Source of the DNA: an uncultured Acidobacteriota bacterium
GTDB taxonomy: Bacteria > Acidobacteriota > Vicinamibacteria > Vicinamibacterales > 2-12-FULL-66-21
Direction: 5' to 3'
Length of the DNA stretch: 64,000 bases
NCBI GenBank assembly: GCA_963771415.1
Contig: CAVYTI010000011.1
Location: 303,501 to 367,500, forward strand
Shown here: one piece after another, positions 10,169 to 18,732 of the stretch
Numbering within the stretch: the first letter of the stretch is position 1
Layout of the letters: each line of letters starts with the position of its first letter
Notes under the pieces: model-generated
The model's database searches: none
Told to the model about the DNA's origin: nothing
Seen by the model: the letters and a program-made list of their open reading frames with translations, nothing else
Position numbers and translations under genes: made by a program

Positions 10169-10498
10169 GTGGAGCTGGTGATCGGATCAATCGTGTTGTT
10201 CATCGTCGCGGGGTGCTGTGAAATAGCGGGCGGCTATTTCATGTGGCGCTGGTGGCGAGACGGAGCGCCTCTCGCGCTCGGCTTGGCGGGTGCCGCGTTG
10301 CTTGTGCTGTACGGCATCGTGCCGACGTATCAGACAGCACACTTTGGCCGCGTCTACGCGGCCTACGGCGGCGTGTTCGTCGTGCTGTCCGTCGCCTGGG
10401 GCTGGGCCGTCGATCGCATCCCTCCCGATCGATTTGACGTGGCCGGAGCCGCGATCTGCATCGTCGGCGTAACGGTGATCATGTATGCCCCGCGCTAG
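10169..10498 (+). CDS. ynfA: YnfA/UPF0060 family small membrane protein
   Basis: 109 aa with 4 TM segments. It contains [13 protein letters not shown] and [12 protein letters not shown], which match the E. coli YnfA pattern ([22 protein letters not shown]). Confidence 0.85.
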   Translation: MELVIGSIVLFIVAGCCEIAGGYFMWRWWRDGAPLALGLAGAALLVLYGIVPTYQTAHFGRVYAAYGGVFVVLSVAWGWAVDRIPPDRFDVAGAAICIVGVTVIMYAPR

Positions 10499-10502
10499 GT
10501 AC

Positions 10503-11036
10503 TCAGGCCGCCGATGGATGAGAGAGCGCGGTCGCCGCCGCCATGCCGAGCGCGATCGCAAAACCGGCACCAATAACGCTTCCGAGCCCAAGGCCGATGC
10601 ATCCCAGCGTGGCTGTCAGCGTCGCGACGAGCGCGACGGCGGCCCAATGCTGCCACGGCGCCGTGGCACGCTGAATGGCCGCCCGGCCGACCAGCGCACC
10701 GGATGCTAATCCGGCGGTGGCACAAAGGCCAAACGCGACACCAGGTGGACACCATGGAGCAAACCGGCACAGAGCCAGCGCAGCAAGCGTCGGAATCACA
10801 CCGGTTGTCAATCCTGAAGACGCGGCTTCGACGCCGGAGCGATGCCTCCATCGCAGCGCGATCGTCAGCGCGAGCAGCGACACGCCAGCGAGCGTGCACG
10901 TGAGGAGTGCGCGCGTTTCCCAGACCGCCATTGCGGTCAATGGCAGAACGACCAGTCCAACCCTCGCGGCGAATCGGAGTCGGCCCAGCTCATAGGACCG
11001 CATCGCCTTTCGGCGCAGGGTCGTCAGGTCACGCAT
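10503..11036 (-). CDS. Polytopic membrane protein, candidate anti-sigma partner of the upstream ECF sigma factor
   Basis: ATG at 11036 overlaps the sigma gene stop (11031-11029) by 8 nt. A short cytoplasmic N-terminus (MRDLTTLRRKAMRSYELGRLRF) is followed by several TM helices. Its function is inferred from position only. Confidence 0.55.
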   Translation of the reverse strand: MRDLTTLRRKAMRSYELGRLRFAARVGLVVLPLTAMAVWETRALLTCTLAGVSLLALTIALRWRHRSGVEAASSGLTTGVIPTLAALALCRFAPWCPPGVAFGLCATAGLASGALVGRAAIQRATAPWQHWAAVALVATLTATLGCIGLGLGSVIGAGFAIALGMAAATALSHPSAA

Positions 11037-11547
11037 AGAGTCTGCTCCAGATGGCCCGTAAACGATCCAACGCGCGCTGACGACGTTTACGTTCCGTCGG
11101 GCCCTGCGCCTGCTGTTCATCCGGTTGCAGACTCGCGCGATCGGAGGCCGACAGCTCACCAAGCGCCACCGTCAGGGCGCGATCCAGATCATCCGCCACG
11201 GTTGTCTCTTCGGGCGACCGGCCCTTGGCCGACAGATCCTGTGGCATTTCGCCGACTTCGCGTCGCCTGTGCTGGCGTCGGCGCTGTGTTCTGACCTCGA
11301 ATGCAGCGATGCCAAATACCCACGCCACTCCATCCCGAGCCGTATCGAACTCGGAGATCCGGGAGAACACTTTCAAGAGCGCCTGTTGGGCCAGGTCCTC
11401 TGCGTCAGGGCTGCCCGGCATCGCGCGTCTGGTAAAAGCCAGGAGCTCGGGCCACAACTCCTCGAACAGACATGCGAACGCATCGCGGTCGCCCTCCGCA
11501 AGGCGCACGATCGCGTGATGCACTCTCTGTCGTTGTTGTCCGTCCAT
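11029..11547 (-). CDS. ECF (sigma-70 family group IV) RNA polymerase sigma factor
   Basis: 172 aa. Region 2 reads DAEDLAQQALLKVFSRISEFD...AWVFGIAAFEVR. Region 4 reads LSASDRASL...RKRRQRALDRLR. Confidence 0.85.
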   Translation of the reverse strand: MDGQQRQRVHHAIVRLAEGDRDAFACLFEELWPELLAFTRRAMPGSPDAEDLAQQALLKVFSRISEFDTARDGVAWVFGIAAFEVRTQRRRQHRRREVGEMPQDLSAKGRSPEETTVADDLDRALTVALGELSASDRASLQPDEQQAQGPTERKRRQRALDRLRAIWSRLYA

Positions 11548-11722
11548 CTTCAGCGAGGTTCGCAGCGGAGAGTGCCGGTCTCGTCCTCTACTCTAGGCGT
11601 CACCGGCGATTTCGTGACAGAGGAGACGTGTCACGTTGCGCGACTATCGGCCTATTGTACGAGTCTGGATCAGCTGTCAGAACCGAAGCCGATATGGGGC
11701 GGACGCCTGGAATGGAGCAACC

Positions 11723-12290
11723 GTGACTGCCAGAATCCTTACCTTCGGTCTTTTGCTGGGGCTGGCTACGGCCTCAGCCGTTCGAGCCCAATCGACGACT
11801 TCGTCGCCGCCTCGCACTGCAACGGAGACGATCCAGCACATGATCTCGGGCATCGAGAAGCAGCTCACAGGCGTCGCGCGCGAGATGCCTGAGGACAAGT
11901 ACGAGTTCGGTACCGACTGCCGGCGAGTTTCGCGGAGTTCGAACATTTGCCAAGCAGATCAAACATGCTGCGGCCGTCAACGACCTCGTGGCGGCCAGCA
12001 TCCTCGGAGAGCCGATCACCGCGGATATGTCGGACGAACGCGGGCCTGACGCCGTGAAGACCAAGGCGGAAGTTCTCAAATATCTCGAGGAGTCGTTCGC
12101 GTACTTGAAAAGAGCTACGTCAACCGTCGACGACACGAACGCCTTCGCGCCGATCAAGGGCGTGTTCGGTTCGGAAGCCGAGACACGCATCGGGCTGATC
12201 GTTGTTGCCGTGTCGCATTCATCCAATCACTACGGGCAGGTGGTCGAGTACCTGCGCATGAACGGCCTCGTCCCGCCGAGAACACCATGA
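11723..12290 (+). pseudogene. DinB-family (DinB_2) protein with signal peptide, interrupted by a +1 frameshift near 11909
   Basis: GTG 11723 follows GGAG. The N-terminal part VTARILTFGLLLGLATASAVRAQ...EMPEDKYEF is in one frame. The continuation VPTAGEFRGVRTFAKQIKHAAAVNDLVAASILGE...SHSSNHYGQVVEYLRMNG is in the +1 frame. The junction is GAGTTC-G-GTACCG. Confidence 0.7.
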
Positions 12291-12369
12291 AGCTCAGGCG
12301 CGATACGCCGGCGCTTGCCGAGCGGTGAGGCGGGAAAAAATCCGGCTGATGTGCCGCCGGGCACGCTCC

Positions 12370-12792
12370 TCAGTCGCCCGGCGCTTTTGGTCGACGGTTG
12401 CTGCCGACGTCGACCTTGCCTGTGATGACGGCCCCCTCGGCAACCACCAGGCGCGGCGAGCGGATATCACCCGACACGGAACCGGTCGGGTGCAGGTCGA
12501 TCCTCTCCGTGGCGGTGACGCTTCCGTTCACCGTGCCGCTGATCACGATCGATCGACCGACGAGGTTCGCCGTGATCGCCGCGCCGGCGCCGATGATCAG
12601 CCCGTGGTCGCCGACCTTGATCTCGCCGTCCACTTTGCCGTCAATCCTGAGATCCTGTGCGCTCGTGATCTTGCCTTCGATGACGACCCCTTGCCCGATC
12701 CACGCGGTCGCGCGCCGCTCGTCGGACGAGGACCTGGGCGTGGACGCGGGGGGCGTCTGCTCTTGATCGCGCACGGTGTCTGCGGTTGTCAT
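12370..12792 (-). CDS. Bactofilin (polymer-forming cytoskeletal protein, CcmA/BacA family)
   Basis: 140 aa. Repetitive beta-helix pattern: IEGKITSAQDLRIDGKVDGEIKVGDHGLIIGAGAAITANLVGRSIVISGTVNGSVTA...GDIRSPRLVVAEGAVITGKV. Confidence 0.85.
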   Translation of the reverse strand: MTTADTVRDQEQTPPASTPRSSSDERRATAWIGQGVVIEGKITSAQDLRIDGKVDGEIKVGDHGLIIGAGAAITANLVGRSIVISGTVNGSVTATERIDLHPTGSVSGDIRSPRLVVAEGAVITGKVDVGSNRRPKAPGD

Positions 12793-12929
12793 AAGACTCC
12801 TTCGGTACGGGTTTCGGGAACGATCAGGCCGTCTGATCTTCCCATGCTGACGCCGTCAGTCAAGCGCCGAGAGGTGCATGCGCCAATCTTTTCGGAGGGA
12901 CACCGCGCTTCAATGCGACGGATTGGGTA

Positions 12930-13378
12930 GTGACGACCCTGATAGACGAGTCGAGTGGGGTAGCGCGGCCGCGCTGCGCGCGTCGCGACAGCGCCGTCGG
13001 ACGATCAATCCGACGGCCTTCGAGTTCATTTCACAAAACAGCCAGATCGCAGCCGTCCACGAGTTCATGGCGTCGCCATCTATGGGAGGGGTTGTTCAAC
13101 GGCCGTGGCAGAGCGAATCGAGTACCCCGCGTCCGGGCGTCCGTCGATGCGGTCTGAACCTTGGAGCTGTTCGCGCCTAGGCCCGCAAGAATGGATCCGG
13201 TTCGATGAGGAAGATGCCCAGAAGGCAGGGCGTGCGCGCGCCGAACTGGAAGTCGCCAACCAGCCGATCGGGGCATACGACGTGTTGATCGTCGCTCAAG
13301 CGCGGCGCCATCGTCGACCCCCGAGACATTGGACGCTCATCTGTTTTGTTTCCTCGAGGCCCGGCCAGCTGATCAATT
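12930..13378 (+). pseudogene. Degraded PIN-domain (VapC-like) toxin relic, multiple frame breaks
   Basis: Fragments are spread over three frames. VTTLIDESS is an LxDT-like start. RFDEEDAQKAGRARAELEVANQPIGAYDVLIVAQARR matches the C-terminal VapC pattern FD..AA..yG.irA.l...G.piG..D.lIAA.A. GAIVDPRDIG is seen in a shifted frame. A 28-codon ORF ends 1 nt into it and may be an antitoxin stub. Confidence 0.3.
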
Positions 13379-13578
13379 AGGTTCCCGGATAGCTCATCAA
13401 TTTCAACCGCAGAGATAGCGGCGGCATCCTGGTTGCACAACTCTTCCCAGTGACTCGTCAGGTCATCTCGCCGAAGCACTTGAAAACAAAGTACTTCGTG
13501 AGCAAGACCTTAAAGGAGAGGGCATCGCGATACTCGGGATTGTGGTGTCCGTCAGTCCGTAGACGAGAGGAGGAGCTC

Positions 13579-14040
13579 ATGCGTGGTCTGTGGCTTGTCG
13601 TCATCTTAAGCGTCATCGCAGGATGTGGTGGGTCGCCCACTAAGCCTGACTCCGTTTCCGCGCCTGAGGTCGCAACTGTTGCGTCGCCAAATCCGCCACC
13701 AGCGCCGGAACCTGTGCCCACTCCGGCACCAGTCCCTGCGCCCGATCCCCCTGCGCCGCCCGTGCCGGCGCCGGCGCCGCCAGGTGTTCTGACGTATCAC
13801 GCAACCACAACGAACGCACATTGGTACGGCCAGGTCATCCTTCCTGATCACTTTGACGTGCGAATCAGCGAAGGGCGGATCACTTTCGGGCCGCTGACCG
13901 CGGAAGTAGTGTTTCAGGATGCGAAGGGCGTCTTCGCGCGACCCAATGGTGCCAGCCTGCAGCTCGTGTTCGACGACAATGGCGGCTCGTGGAGCTACAG
14001 CGGCGGGGCTGGAGACGCAGGCGGCACGCTCGTCAAATAA
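13579..14040 (+). CDS. Lipoprotein with Pro-rich linker, unknown function
   Basis: ATG 13579 follows GGAGGAG. The lipobox is MRGLWLVVILSVIAGC. A PAPEPVPTPAPVPAPDPPAPPVPAPAPP linker is followed by a ~90-aa beta-rich domain. Confidence 0.65.
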   Translation: MRGLWLVVILSVIAGCGGSPTKPDSVSAPEVATVASPNPPPAPEPVPTPAPVPAPDPPAPPVPAPAPPGVLTYHATTTNAHWYGQVILPDHFDVRISEGRITFGPLTAEVVFQDAKGVFARPNGASLQLVFDDNGGSWSYSGGAGDAGGTLVK

Positions 14041-14105
14041 GGGTCGACGCGTGGCGGGCTAGCAACGGCGGGTAGCGCGGATTGACATCGGCCGGGCCAG
14101 AATGT

Positions 14106-14128
14106 AGCATAGGATACATTTCTATGCT
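14106..14128. promoter_or_regulatory. Perfect 7-bp inverted repeat AGCATAG-N9-CTATGCT 37 nt upstream of mntH; candidate metalloregulator (MntR/Fur-type) operator
   Basis: Read directly: agcatag gatacattt ctatgct, inside a locally AT-rich stretch between 14041 and 14164. Confidence 0.35.
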
Positions 14129-14164
14129 GGCGCTACACGCATTCGGCCCGGAGCCCGTCACGTC

Positions 14165-15577
14165 ATGAATCACGCCGAGGGTGCCTCGAGCATCGAGATC
14201 CCCCACGGCCTCGCCTGGCGGAAAGCCGCGGGCGAGGCCTCGCTGCCAGAAGTCCATCGCACCGTCCCTGTCCCGGCGCGCGCGTCGCCCTGGCGCAAGA
14301 TGATGGCCTTCGCCGGTCCGGGCTTCCTCGTGGCGGTCGGCTACATGGACCCCGGCAACTGGGCGACCGACCTGGCCGGCGGCGCGCAGTTCGGCTACAC
14401 CCTCCTGTCGGTCATCATGGTGTCCAACCTGATGGCGATCCTGCTTCAGCATCTCTGCGTGAAGCTCGGCATCGCCACCGGCCGAGACCTGGCGCAGGCG
14501 TGCCGCGACCACTATTCGACGCGGACGGTCTGGTTTCTGTGGGTTCTCTGCGAAATCCAAATCGCTGCCTGCGATCTGGCGGAGGTTGTCGGTTCCGCAA
14601 TCGCGCTGCAGTTGCTGTTCGGCATTCCGCTCGTGTATGGCTGCCTCATCACCGCGGCCGACGTCTTCGCGGTGCTCTATCTGCAGAGCAAGGGCTTCCG
14701 CTACATCGAATCGCTGGTGGTCACGCTCATCGCCACGATCGGCGTCTGCTTCGCGGCTGAACTCGTGTGGTCCAGACCGGATGTCGCGGGTATTCTCTCC
14801 GGCTTCATCCCCAGGTCTGAAATACTCAAGAACCAGGCGATGCTCTACGTCAGCATCGGCATCATCGGCGCAACCGTGATGCCTCACAACCTGTACCTGC
14901 ATTCGTCCATCGTTCAGACGCGCAAGTACGATCAGACGCCGGAAGGGAAGCGCGAGGCGATTCGGTTCGGCACGATCGACTCGAGCGTGGCGCTTATGTT
15001 TGCCCTGTTCATCAACGCGGCCATCCTCGTGCTCGCCGCCGCCGCGTTTCACTGGTCGGGGCATCAGCACGTCGCCGAGATCCAGGAGGCGTACACGCTG
15101 TTGACCCCCTTGCTCGGCGTGTCCGTGGCCAGCGCCGTCTTCATCATTGCCTTGCTGGCGTCGGGGCAGAACTCAACGCTCACGGGCACGCTGGCCGGCC
15201 AGATAATCATGGAAGGGTTCCTCAACATCCGCCTGCGCCCCTGGCTGCGCCGCGTCATCACGCGCGCACTGGCGATCGTTCCCGCCATCTGCGTGATCGG
15301 CTACTTCGGCGAGAGCAGGACCACGGAGCTGCTCATCGCGAGCCAGGTCGTGTTGTCGATGCAGCTGGGCTTCGCCGTCTGGCCGCTGATGCGGTTTACG
15401 GGCGAGAAGGCCAAGATGGGCGAATTCGTCAATCCGGGCTGGATCAAGGTCCTGGGTTGGACGACCGCCGTCATCATCATCGTCCTCAACCTGAAGCTGC
15501 TGTTCGACATGTTCATGCCTCTCGGAGTCCTGCACGCCGTGTACGGGCACATCGGTTTGCCCCTGCCGCGCCACTGA
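14165..15577 (+). CDS. mntH: Nramp-family divalent metal (Mn2+/Fe2+):proton symporter
   Basis: 470 aa. The Nramp signature GPGFLVAVGYMDPGNWATDLAGGAQFGY and MPHNLYLHS are present, with about 11 TM segments. Confidence 0.9.
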   Translation: MNHAEGASSIEIPHGLAWRKAAGEASLPEVHRTVPVPARASPWRKMMAFAGPGFLVAVGYMDPGNWATDLAGGAQFGYTLLSVIMVSNLMAILLQHLCVKLGIATGRDLAQACRDHYSTRTVWFLWVLCEIQIAACDLAEVVGSAIALQLLFGIPLVYGCLITAADVFAVLYLQSKGFRYIESLVVTLIATIGVCFAAELVWSRPDVAGILSGFIPRSEILKNQAMLYVSIGIIGATVMPHNLYLHSSIVQTRKYDQTPEGKREAIRFGTIDSSVALMFALFINAAILVLAAAAFHWSGHQHVAEIQEAYTLLTPLLGVSVASAVFIIALLASGQNSTLTGTLAGQIIMEGFLNIRLRPWLRRVITRALAIVPAICVIGYFGESRTTELLIASQVVLSMQLGFAVWPLMRFTGEKAKMGEFVNPGWIKVLGWTTAVIIIVLNLKLLFDMFMPLGVLHAVYGHIGLPLPRH

Positions 15578-15683
15578 GACACCCGTACGTCCGAGGAACG
15601 GACCTCCCCGGACGGTGGGCCAATCAATGCGTCCCCTTGCTTACCGAGAGAAGTCCCTGTATGCTCTCCCCTAGGAAACCGAG

Positions 15684-16019
15684 ATGAGCAAACCGAACGA
15701 CCTCGTTCAGGGCACGCTGGACCTGCTCCTCCTGAAAATTCTGGCGCTGGAGCCTCTGCACGGGTGGGCCATCAGCCTCCGCCTCAGATCCATCTCTCGA
15801 GATGTGCTGCAGGTCAGCGAAGGGTCCCTGTATCCCGCCTTGCATAAGCTGGAGCAGGAAGGCTGGATCACCGCCGAGTGGAAGCAAACCGAGAACAACC
15901 GGCGCGCGAAGTTCTATTCGCTCACCCGCCTGGGCAGGAAGCAGCTCGAATGGGAAGCGGCGAACTGGAAGCGCCTGTCGTCTGCCATCTCGGACGTTAT
16001 CCGGCTCTCTGAGGCTTAG
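15684..16019 (+). CDS. PadR-family transcriptional regulator
   Basis: 111 aa. GTLDLLLLKILALEPLHGWAISLRL...SEGSLYPALHKLEQEGWITAEW...RRAKFYSLTRLGRKQL. Confidence 0.9.
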   Translation: MSKPNDLVQGTLDLLLLKILALEPLHGWAISLRLRSISRDVLQVSEGSLYPALHKLEQEGWITAEWKQTENNRRAKFYSLTRLGRKQLEWEAANWKRLSSAISDVIRLSEA

Positions 16020-16025
16020 AAGTCC

Positions 16026-18725
16026 ATGGCGCTGGAACGCTGGCGGTTCACGATCCCGCTGCGACTGAGGTCCATTCTCCGCGGCCGCCGTGTGGAGCAG
16101 GAGCTCGATGAAGAGCTGCAGTTCCACATGGAGCACAAGATCGAGGAAGGCATCGCGAATGGCCTGTCGGCCAAGGAGGCACGCTACGCGGCGATGCGCG
16201 CGATGGGCGGACTGGAACAGCGGAAAGAGGAGATGCGCGACACGCGGCGCATCCATTGGCTGACCGATTTCGTCGACGATGTGCGTTACGCGATCCGGAG
16301 CCTGCGCCGCGCGTCCGGACTGACCGCGCTCGTGGTGATGACTCTCGCGCTGGGCATCGGCATGACCTCGGGGCCGTTCAGTATGGTCGATGCGCTGATC
16401 TTCAGGCCGTACCCCGTTCCGCATCCGAACGGCGTGGTCACGCTAGTGAGCACGTCACGCGACAACAGCTACGAGTTGTTCTCGTATCGCGAATACCTGG
16501 ATATCCGCGGCAGGACGAAAAGCTACGAGGGCGTGATTGCAAACCGCGCGACGGCGTGGGCGGTCGGCTTCAGCGCCGAACCCGGAGCCACGCCGCGGAT
16601 CAAGGCCGGCTTGCTGGTGTCGGGCAACTACTTCCAGGTACTCGGCGTGGAGCCGCAGCTCGGGCGTGTTTTTCGCGAGGACGAAGACACGGTGCCCGGT
16701 CGCGACGCCGTGGTCGTGCTCGGACCGGACTTCTGGAAGCACGAATTCGCCAGCGACCCTTCCGTCGTTGGCAGGAGGATTCGTCTGAACGGCACGGAGT
16801 TCACGGTGATTGGCGTCGCACCGGAGACGTTTCCCGGGCTGGCCATATTCGGTGGGCCCGATTTCTACATGCCGCTGGCCATGGCCCGGCTGTTTTTGTC
16901 GAACCCGCAGAAGAGTTTTTTCGACGATCGGGACGATCGTGAGTTGAGCGTGAAAGCACGCCTGAAACCGGGCACGACGCTGCAGCAGGCGAGCAGTGAG
17001 CTCGCCGTGCTCGCGCAAAACTTCGAACGCGAGTATCCACAGATCAATCGCGACCGCGGTGCGGCGGTGCACACCCCATTTGAAATGCGGACGCGAGATG
17101 ATGACCGCAATTGGAAATTCGGCCTGATCGTCTCGATCCTGGCGCTGGCGGTGCTGTTGGTGGCGTGCACCAACGTGGCGGGACTTCTCTTGAGCCGTGG
17201 CCGCACGCGCACGCGCGAAATCGCTGTACGGCTGGCGCTGGGCGCCGGGCGTTTCCGGCTCACCCGGCTGCTCTTGACAGAAAGCCTGATTCTCGCGTTG
17301 CTCGGTGGATTGGGCGGCGTCGCTCTCGGATACGGCGTCATCAGGGTCATGACCACCTTGAGCCTTCCCACCGAGTTGCCGATCACGGTCCCGTTCCGGA
17401 TGGACGCGCGCGTGCTGCTCGCAAGCCTGGCGCTGTCCATCGTGAGCGCGATGCTGTGCGGCCTGGCGCCGGCACTGCAGAGCACGCACGTGGACGTGGT
17501 GAACGGGCTCAAGTCGGCCGACGTTGACGCGCCTGGACGCACACGCCTGTGGGGCCGGAACGTGCTGGTGGTGGCGCAGGTGTCCATGTCCCTGATGCTG
17601 CTCACGGCCGCGTTCCTGCTGGCGAGGAGTTTCCAGCACAGCGTGGTGGGGGGAACCGGATTCGGCATGGATCATCGGCTGATGGTGCGGTTCGATCCGC
17701 GTCTGGTTCAGTACAACGCGGCCCAGACGCGGCAGTTCTACAAACTGCTGGTCGAACGTGCCCGCGTCGCGCCCGGAGTGGAGAGCGCGGCCCTCGCCGA
17801 GCACCCGCCGCTTGGACTGGACAACTTCGACCGCGTCTCCTTCGTACCGGATGGGTTCAGGATGCCGCGCGATCGCGAGAACTTCACGTCGCTGGTAGAT
17901 ACCGTCGATGAGGGGTTCTTCGAGACGATGGGGATACGGATTGTGCGCGGCCGCGGCTTACGCGCCTCCGACACCCTGGATGCGTCACCTGTCGTCGTCG
18001 TGAACGAGCAGTTCGCGAAACACTATTGGCCGGGCGCCGATGCCGTGGGGCAGCACATCCGGCTCGACAACCGCGCCGGCGCGCTGGTCGAGATTGTCGG
18101 CGTCGCGCAGACCATCAAATATCGAGAGACCACCGAAAGGCCGACCGATTTCGTGTTCATGCCGCTGGCTCAGCATCCGGTCGCGCGCATGGTCCTGCTG
18201 TTGCGGTCGAACGGCGATCCGCTGCAATTGGTCCAATCGGTGAAGGACGTGGTCCGGACGCTCAATCCGAACCTGCCGATGTTGGAGACACGGACGTACG
18301 ACGATTTGTACCGATATCACGTCGTCGAAGGGCCGGGAGTTGCGATCAAGTTTGTCGGGACCATGGGCGTCGTGGGTCTCGCGCTGGCCATCGCCGGTTT
18401 GTACGGCCTGGTGGCGTACAACGTGAGCCGCCGAACCCGCGAGATCGGCATTCGCATGGCCCTTGGCGCGGCGAAAGCGGACGTGCTGCGCCTGGTGATG
18501 GGCAAGGGCTTGAAGTTGGTCGCGACGGGCACAGCGATCGGGCTCGCGTTGGGCTTCGCTATCGAGCGGCTCATGAATTCCACGATCTTCTATGCGGGTG
18601 GAGTCGACGTTGTGGCGTATCTCATCGTAGTGCCGCCGGTGGTCCTGGTGACCACATTGGCGGCCTACGTGCCCGCGCGAAGAGCATGCAGGATTGCGCC
18701 AACACAGGCGCTGCGCTACGAGTAG
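16026..18725 (+). CDS. Duplicated MacB/FtsX ABC permease (ADOP family), paired with PadR
   Basis: 899 aa. The N-terminal helix (RVEQELDEELQFHMEHKIEE) is typical of PadR-linked ADOP proteins. There are two FtsX modules (ACTNVAGLLLSRGRTRTREIAVRLALGAG; VSRRTREIGIRMALGAAKADVLRLV) and the C-terminus reads PARRACRIAPTQALRYE. Confidence 0.9.
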   Translation: MALERWRFTIPLRLRSILRGRRVEQELDEELQFHMEHKIEEGIANGLSAKEARYAAMRAMGGLEQRKEEMRDTRRIHWLTDFVDDVRYAIRSLRRASGLTALVVMTLALGIGMTSGPFSMVDALIFRPYPVPHPNGVVTLVSTSRDNSYELFSYREYLDIRGRTKSYEGVIANRATAWAVGFSAEPGATPRIKAGLLVSGNYFQVLGVEPQLGRVFREDEDTVPGRDAVVVLGPDFWKHEFASDPSVVGRRIRLNGTEFTVIGVAPETFPGLAIFGGPDFYMPLAMARLFLSNPQKSFFDDRDDRELSVKARLKPGTTLQQASSELAVLAQNFEREYPQINRDRGAAVHTPFEMRTRDDDRNWKFGLIVSILALAVLLVACTNVAGLLLSRGRTRTREIAVRLALGAGRFRLTRLLLTESLILALLGGLGGVALGYGVIRVMTTLSLPTELPITVPFRMDARVLLASLALSIVSAMLCGLAPALQSTHVDVVNGLKSADVDAPGRTRLWGRNVLVVAQVSMSLMLLTAAFLLARSFQHSVVGGTGFGMDHRLMVRFDPRLVQYNAAQTRQFYKLLVERARVAPGVESAALAEHPPLGLDNFDRVSFVPDGFRMPRDRENFTSLVDTVDEGFFETMGIRIVRGRGLRASDTLDASPVVVVNEQFAKHYWPGADAVGQHIRLDNRAGALVEIVGVAQTIKYRETTERPTDFVFMPLAQHPVARMVLLLRSNGDPLQLVQSVKDVVRTLNPNLPMLETRTYDDLYRYHVVEGPGVAIKFVGTMGVVGLALAIAGLYGLVAYNVSRRTREIGIRMALGAAKADVLRLVMGKGLKLVATGTAIGLALGFAIERLMNSTIFYAGGVDVVAYLIVVPPVVLVTTLAAYVPARRACRIAPTQALRYE

Positions 18726-18732
18726 GGCGCGA

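Noticed and set aside
13177-13479. 100-aa minus-strand ORF in the low-GC patch
   Set aside because: Most of it is antisense to the PIN-like relic and has no motifs. Only the first ~35 codons look protein-like, which is not enough support.
14033-15070. 345-aa minus-strand ORF opposite mntH. The same class includes 16455-17804(-), 20939-22429(-), 28770-29801(-), 31335-32402(+), 38938-40326(+), 47380-48774(-), 58525-59910(-) and 59835-60938(-).
   Set aside because: All are antisense or out of frame relative to genes with clear family signatures. They are dominated by R/G/P/A/D runs and lack RBS context, so I treat them as shadow ORFs.
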